The notes below the pieces were generated by a model that did not search any database, was not told the origin of the DNA, and saw only the letters and a program-made list of their open reading frames with translations. Position numbers and translations under genes: made by a program. A stretch of 64,000 bases of DNA from Daphnia carinata. Taxonomy: Eukaryota. Shown here piece after piece: positions 57,012 to 64,000 of this stretch. The stretch is from assembly GCF_022539665.2 (NCBI RefSeq), contig NC_081333.1, forward strand, positions 1,674,001 through 1,738,000, in the 5' to 3' direction. Within the stretch, counting starts at the first letter, position 1. Each line of letters begins with the position of its first letter.

Positions 57012-57354
57012 TTTATTTCTAATACAACCACAATAGATAGCTATAAAAACTGTGTGGGTCAAGGCTGCGTTCTCGCATGTCCTGCTTATAGAATGCGACC
57101 AAGGTGGCTCCCACAGTGATTCCGCACGATTGTTACAACAAGTCTCGTTCCCCTCCTTAATATACAGATCGAAGATTTAATGAATTCTCGTTGCTGGGTA
57201 AACCGTTGAAAATTTAATTTGTCACATCGGCTGGCATGATCGATAGAATTGGCCTTCGTAAGCCATGATTTATTCACTGATTTCAGCCATTATATACGTA
57301 CGTTCAGGTTTCCAGGGCCCTGGGATCCCTTGCGCTGATTATGTGTCAGTCGCC

Positions 57355-57385
57355 TATATAAGCCAGACAGACTACACAGATCAGT
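57355..57385 (+). promoter_or_regulatory. TATA box + arthropod Initiator core promoter
   Basis: TATATAA at 57355 and TCAGT at 57381-57385, canonical ~28 nt spacing. Confidence 0.55.
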
Positions 57386-57481
57386 GTCTCTTGCCTAATG
57401 TCGATCGTAGCGCACTAGCGCCTCTGGATTAAACTTCAAACAGATAGCAACAAGAAATTTTTTTTATTTTCTTTTTCATTA

Positions 57482-59700
57482 GGCATACTAAACAGCAACC
57501 AGCTGGGGTGTTGTGGTAGAATCGTTGCTGTGTTTCTTGTTGTATTCGGTGTTTCTATTTGCCAAACTTGTCTAGCACCAAGACTTCAATTTCATCAAAA
57601 GTGGCAAAAACGTATCACCAAAGCTTTGAATGTCATACAGTCCTGGAATATCTGATGTCTAAAAGTATCAAGTTTATTACTATTTTAAACAGGCATGGCT
57701 GAAGGAACTACAGCACCTACTGCAGGTATTTATATCTTTCAAGTAGCTAACTGCCCCCATTGACTCAATTTCTAGGAAAATATTTTGGTTGAGATAAATG
57801 GGATCCTAATATCATAGCAGATGTTGTTATCAGAACACATTGCAGGTAACTTAAAACATTATAAACAGAAAGTTTTTCTTTCTTTAGTTTAGTCAGTTTA
57901 TTTCAATATTTAATATTAGTTACAGAAACTATCCAGTAAAAAGTGAGAAGGCTATATATATGGCAATTCATTTTACCCCCAAAAAAAAAAAAAAAAATTT
58001 TGGCCTTTTTTTTCTTTTTTACAGCTATGGCCATCTAGCAGCCAGATTCCTATTTAATTTTCTCATTCATTCATTCAGACATGGATTGGATAATATGGTT
58101 ACTTGAACAATGGATTTGCAAATGCAGTACAGCTGACTTATGTTTCACATGGTCAGTTGGAGATTTCCCAGGTAAATTTTCTAGTAACTCAGCATTTGGT
58201 ACCATCTTTACTATAATTTTATACAGTATCCTGCATATCTCATTAATTAAGATTTAAATCCTTTTATAGATTGTCACATCAGTGAGCAAGGTTCAGTTTA
58301 GGGATTGAGAGCCCTCAGCGACTATAACACCTAGCCTATATTCAAATTGTAGCACTTGATTGCTGCCACTGATTCTTCAAAATGCCTATCTTGTATGGAA
58401 TGTTTGACAGCCAAATGGTACTCCGACGTCACATAAATATCAATTGTTTATTTTATTTACATTTATTAAAAATTTTTGAAGGAATGATTTAAACAAATGC
58501 CAAAGGTGAGACATGCTGGAAAAGCTTGATATGAATGTGTAGACATACTTTGGAATTCAGAGATGCAGCCGGCTGTTGGGTAAAACTTCATTTAACTTTG
58601 TTTCAATGCAATATGTTTTAGTTACTATTTGTGTGATTACGCAAAGGATTGCACCATCCAGGCAATGTGGATATTCTGCCATGTACATGATAAACCAAGG
58701 ATTCTTCGTCAACATGCAAGATGTTACTCCCTGGTAATGCTTTTCTGCTGAGTTTGTTTAGTTTTCTAATTTTAATCGTCAATGTTGTATTAGTAAACTA
58801 CTGTTGGCAGAATAGCTGATACATTGGGAAAAGGGTTATGGCAAGTGCGATGAATAAATCACCATAGGTCAGTTGTCTTGCCTTCACAATTGCAACGAAG
58901 ATGAATCGTGCAGTCAAAAACATTAAAAGGTGGTACTATTTTAAATTTTTAAATTGTTTTAATTGGTGTATCACTAAGGGCTGATACATGTGTAGAACAT
59001 GCTGGAATTCATGTCATCCTGGAGAGGACTAAAAAAAACGAGCTTTATCCACGAAGCAGTTCATTAATCATGTCCCAAACGATTGTCTGCGTCAGCCAGC
59101 AATCTTTCAATGGCTAACAAGCATTTAATAGTTTTGAAAATCGCGGTTTGCACTCCCTAAGGCGACATTCCTTAATCTCACCTGTCAAAAGATTTGAATG
59201 CAACCATTTTCTATTCTGAACTGTCGCCTACGAAATTCTTTTTCCATAAAATGAGGTGATATGAGGTTATAATGGAAATTGTCGTCAAGACTGCCGAGAC
59301 CATGTACCTTCTTTACCTTCACATTTAGTGATCAAAACAACCAACTATGTAACCTTTCTTTTTTTTTTTTAAGGTGCATGGAACGTCCAATCGGAAAGCC
59401 GATGGAAGGTCTCTGTGGCCAACACGAAAGGTTCTCCCAAACTTTCGTATTCAAGTTTTGGCTATGGTGATCATTTGCAACTGCATTGCCTTTTAGAAGC
59501 TCCTGCCAGGAATCTACAGGAATATGGCAGATGATGAATTTATGTACCATGTAAGCGATATTAATAAGAACGTTTTATGCTTATCTATGTTTTATTTTCT
59601 TAATTTAGATTAATAGCAATAGTGAGCCTGCAAAGGTTTCTGGTTGGGATGTGATGACGAAAAGTTATAATAATTTAAAGTACGGAATTGAATTTCCCTC
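57482..59700 (+). pseudogene. Decayed spliced gene or spliced lncRNA running into the palindrome
   Basis: Alternating exon-like blocks and 50-75 nt AT-rich GT-AG segments (donors at ~57726, ~57846, ~58172, ~58580, ~58734; acceptor ~59373), with stops in the frames tried; no homolog recognised. Confidence 0.35.
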
Positions 59701-62700
59701 CATCAGTCGCCTGTGTATTCCCGCGTATTACGGTATTAATTATTTAAAAATTGAAGTGCATATCTGGGCTCCCTTCCTTTCCGTAGCCCCGTTTCCCCTT
59801 GACTCGTAATAAGCCCGTAGGGGGTCATGCCCCTACTGTACGGTATATATAAAAATAACATATACCGAGGTTTGGAGGGCTCTGGCCGGAAAGGGGACGT
59901 GGGGTGCCGCTTAGTCCGATGATGTGTTCACGGAGGGCGATGTGGCTACCCACAAATCCGAACTAAAGGTTAATCGCTCCTGTAAAAATGTTCCAAATCT
60001 TCGGCTCTTCTTCCGGCTTCTCTTAGCCAATCACCGGGTAATCTCCCCGGTGGGTCAACAAGGCAGTGTCTCCCCCTGCCTGGGTTGACGGCAACTTTTG
60101 AAAGGGCTGTTGTGCCTTTTTAAAGTTGCAAAAATAATTCTAATGTGCAGAGAATTGTCAATAAAATTTTTTTTATAAAATATTTTTTCCAAAATTTGTT
60201 TCTTTCATTGTCTGTTTTCGCTGTGTTCACACATTACGTTTATCAACTTTTTTTTTTATTTAGCTTGCTCAATCCACCTTTATTGTTTTTGCCACCGGAA
60301 GAAGAGCATTATTCCCATGGGTTTATCATTTATCTGTAAGTATACAATTATTATTTATTACACTCCTTGAATTCTTCAACTTAGATTCAAGGAACAACGT
60401 GTAATACCTCGAGATTTTCTGAAGTAATTTTACATTTGTATTTTATTTTACTCGTAGTGGAACCGATCCCCAGACATTCAGCGTGCAATGCCGATGCTCT
60501 AACAGTGAGCCACGAGACATGTGTAAATTTTTATTATCTCATATCATATGTTATCGTCTAGGATGTTTATGCAGTCTTTCATAACCATATGTTTATCTGT
60601 CTATTGTGTACATAAGGTCCATAGCTCTGTGGTAGAGCCTTTATCTGCGATATATATTAACTAGGGTTCAAACCTTAGTAGATGTATAAAAATGAAGCAG
60701 AATAAATGTAGAAAAGAATATTGCAGTATTGCATTTCAATTTTATTCTAAATGTAAATGCAAGTCCGCAAGCTACTAGAAAAAAGCCAAATTGACATCAT
60801 ATGATTCATGGCTCACTGGTAGAGCATCGGCGCGGAAGGCCGAACATTCAAGGTTCGATCCCTGGATAATAAATGAATGCTTACAGGTAAACGATAAATC
60901 AATGGAAAATTTACTTAACATCAAACGTGGCTCAATGCTTACCATCAAAGGTGGCAAAAACAATAAAGGTGGATTGAGCAAGCTAAATAAAAAAAAAAGT
61001 TGATAAACGTAATGTGTGAACACAGCGAAAACAGACAATGAAAGAAACAAATTTTGGAAAAAATATTTTATAAAAAAAATTTTATTGACAATTCTCTGCA
61101 CATTAGAATTATTTTTGCAACTTTAAAAAGGCACAACAGCCCTTTCAAAAGTTGCCGTCAACCCAGGCAGGGGGAGACACTGCCTTGTTGACCCACCGGG
61201 GAGATTACCCGGTGATTGGCTAAGAGAAGCCGGAAGAAGAGCCGAAGATTTGGAACATTTTTACAGGAGCGATTAACCTTTAGTTCGGATTTGTGGGTAG
61301 CCACATCGCCCTCCGTGAACACATCATCGGACTAAGCGGCACCCCACGTCCCCTTTCCGGCCAGAGCCCTCCAAACCTCGGTATATGTTATTTTTATATA
61401 TACCGTACAGTAGGGGCATGACCCCCTACGGGCTTATTACGAGTCAAGGGGAAACGGGGCTACGGAAAGGAAGGGAGCCCAGATATGCACTTCAATTTTT
61501 AAATAATTAATACCGTAATACGCGGGAATACACAGGCGACTGATGGAGGGAAATTCAATTCCGTACTTTAAATTATTATAACTTTTCGTCATCACATCCC
61601 AACCAGAAACCTTTGCAGGCTCACTATTGCTATTAATCTAAATTAAGAAAATAAAACATAGATAAGCATAAAACGTTCTTATTAATATCGCTTACATGGT
61701 ACATAAATTCATCATCTGCCATATTCCTGTAGATTCCTGGCAGGAGCTTCTAAAAGGCAATGCAGTTGCAAATGATCACCATAGCCAAAACTTGAATACG
61801 AAAGTTTGGGAGAACCTTTCGTGTTGGCCACAGAGACCTTCCATCGGCTTTCCGATTGGACGTTCCATGCACCTTAAAAAAAAAAAGAAAGGTTACATAG
61901 TTGGTTGTTTTGATCACTAAATGTGAAGGTAAAGAAGGTACATGGTCTCGGCAGTCTTGACGACAATTTCCATTATAACCTCATATCACCTCATTTTATG
62001 GAAAAAGAATTTCGTAGGCGACAGTTCAGAATAGAAAATGGTTGCATTCAAATCTTTTGACAGGTGAGATTAAGGAATGTCGCCTTAGGGAGTGCAAACC
62101 GCGATTTTCAAAACTATTAAATGCTTGTTAGCCATTGAAAGATTGCTGGCTGACGCAGACAATCGTTTGGGACATGATTAATGAACTGCTTCGTGGATAA
62201 AGCTCGTTTTTTTTAGTCCTCTCCAGGATGACATGAATTCCAGCATGTTCTACACATGTATCAGCCCTTAGTGATACACCAATTAAAACAATTTAAAAAT
62301 TTAAAATAGTACCACCTTTTAATGTTTTTGACTGCACGATTCATCTTCGTTGCAATTGTGAAGGCAAGACAACTGACCTATGGTGATTTATTCATCGCAC
62401 TTGCCATAACCCTTTTCCCAATGTATCAGCTATTCTGCCAACAGTAGTTTACTAATACAACATTGACGATTAAAATTAGAAAACTAAACAAACTCAGCAG
62501 AAAAGCATTACCAGGGAGTAACATCTTGCATGTTGACGAAGAATCCTTGGTTTATCATGTACATGGCAGAATATCCACATTGCCTGGATGGTGCAATCCT
62601 TTGCGTAATCACACAAATAGTAACTAAAACATATTGCATTGAAACAAAGTTAAATGAAGTTTTACCCAACAGCCGGCTGCATCTCTGAATTCCAAAGTAC

Positions 62701-63309
62701 GTCTACACATTCATATCAAGCTTTTCCAGCATGTCTCACCTTTGGCATTTGTTTAAATCATTCCTTCAAAAATTTTTAATAAATGTAAATAAAATAAACA
62801 ATTGATATTTATGTGACGTCGGAGTACCATTTGGCTGTCAAACATTCCATACAAGATAGGCATTTTGAAGAATCAGTGGCAGCAATCAAGTGCTACAATT
62901 TGAATATAGGCTAGGTGTTATAGTCGCTGAGGGCTCTCAATCCCTAAACTGAACCTTGCTCACTGATGTGACAATCTATAAAAGGACTTAAATCTTAATT
63001 AATGAGATATGCAGAATACTGTATAAAATTATAGTAAAGATGGTACCAAATGCTGAGTTACTAGAAAATTTACCTGGGAAATCTCCAACTGACCATGTGA
63101 AACATAAGTCAGCTGTACTGCATTTGCAAATCCATTGTTCAAGTAACCATATTATCCAATCCATGTCTGAATGAATGAATGAGAAAATTAAATAGGAATC
63201 TGGCTGCTAGATGGCCATAGCTGTAAAAAAGAAAAAAAAAGGCCAAAATTTTTTTTTTTTTTTGGGGGTAAAATGAATTGCCATATATATAGGCTTCCCA
63301 TTTTACTGA
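57933..63309. repeat. Giant inverted repeat: left arm ~57933-60296, right arm 60950-~63309, spacer ~650 bp
   Basis: Arms are reverse complements throughout (mirror ORFs 59332-59550/61696-61920 and 60145/61101); only a few substitutions and homopolymer-length differences seen. Confidence 0.97.
60450..60865. pseudogene. Three tRNA-like (A-box/B-box) relics in the palindrome spacer: ~60450-60516 (-), ~60617-60678 (+), ~60809-60865 (+)
   Basis: TGGCTCACTG(G/T)TAGAGCA-TCGGC-7nt-GC(C/T)GA...GG(T/A)TCG; TAGCTCTGTGGTAGAGC...GGTTCAAACC. Acceptor stems defective. Confidence 0.65.
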
Positions 63310-64000
63310 AAATCCAAAAAAAATGAAATCTCTTGCGAATTTCGACAAAAGTGAGAAGGCCTTCCCATTTTTCTCGAAATCCGAAAAAAATGAAATCTCT
63401 TAGAATCGAATGAAACTCATCAGAAATAGTCAGAATTGAACGCTGATTCCAAATATAGGATTAGTTTTCTGTTTAATTGTCTAGTTTTTGAATAAAATGC
63501 AATCAAAGTAATTTTAATTTGCTTTTTGCTGCCAGCGCCATCTGTTAACAGAAATATTATTCAAATATGACAAATTCAATGCAACTCGGCTACAATAAGC
63601 AAAATTGAACTTTGAATACGCATAAAATATTATTTTACTCCTAAGTCGTGCCTAGATCCTAGTATGATTGATATTTCCAGTATCGAACCGACTTTAACTA
63701 TATTCTTGCTAACAGATGGCGCTGACAACGAAAAACAAACAAAAATCACTTAAATTGCGATTTATTCAGAAACTGCACAATCTAGGGGAAAACTATTACT
63801 CTATTCGGAATCAGCCTTTAATTTTGATTATTTCTGGTGAGTTTCATCAAATTCTTTGAGATTTCATTTTTCTGCAAATTTCGACAAAAGTGAGAAGGCT
63901 ATAGCCTTCCCACTTTTTCATTTTTGGTAAAAATCTATCTATAGCTAAAAATACATGAATTTTATTCAAAATTTAACAGGGATCACGAAAATTGACTTCG
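63293..64000. mobile_element. Head-to-tail cluster of foldback/MITE-like elements: mini copy 63293-63360, full copy ~63359-63899, next copy from 63904
   Basis: Termini GCCTTCCCA(T/C)TTT... / ...AAAAGTGAGAAGGC; the full copy has ~200 bp imperfect inverted arms; TATA at junctions; no ORF. Confidence 0.75.

Noticed and set aside
60450..60865. Functional tRNA genes in the spacer
   Set aside because: Acceptor stems do not form and anticodon loops are non-canonical; kept only as tRNA-like relics.
61270..61285. TAACCT as a possible TTAGG telomerase template in the structured module
   Set aside because: Only 6 nt, expected by chance, and on the strand opposite to the TATA-to-T5 orientation.
1..64000. 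CRISPR arrays, operons or other prokaryotic systems
   Set aside because: Sequence is intron-containing eukaryotic DNA; no repeat-spacer array seen.

Overview
Eukaryotic, AT-rich, gene-dense DNA with many 55-75 nt GT-AG introns. The gene content and intron style suggest a small-genome crustacean such as Daphnia (inference, not proven). Genes in order: 5' part of AIMP1 (-), CCDC97 (+), an intact six-exon BED-finger/hAT transposase-like gene (-), DNA polymerase eta (+), GDAP2 (+), TENT5/FAM46 (-) in a large non-coding region, BCKDHB (-), three tandem FLVCR-type MFS transporters (+) with two identical tRNA-Ala(AGC) genes between copies 2 and 3, CFAP36 (-) and an SLC46-like MFS transporter (-). 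The most unusual part is 57.3-64 kb. It holds a ~5.4 kb near-perfect palindrome (two ~2.35 kb arms) downstream of a TATA/Inr promoter and a decayed spliced gene. Each arm carries a GC-rich hairpin-dense module, the spacer holds three tRNA-like cassettes, and both outer edges coincide with termini of a foldback/MITE family. Other leads: a possibly domesticated transposase with an altered CxxH motif, a Pol eta with both UBM-like and UBZ motifs plus an overlapping upstream ORF, a structured segment in a GDAP2 intron, and paralog-specific introns among the FLVCR copies. Splice sites and base pairings were read by eye; no searches or folding programs were run.
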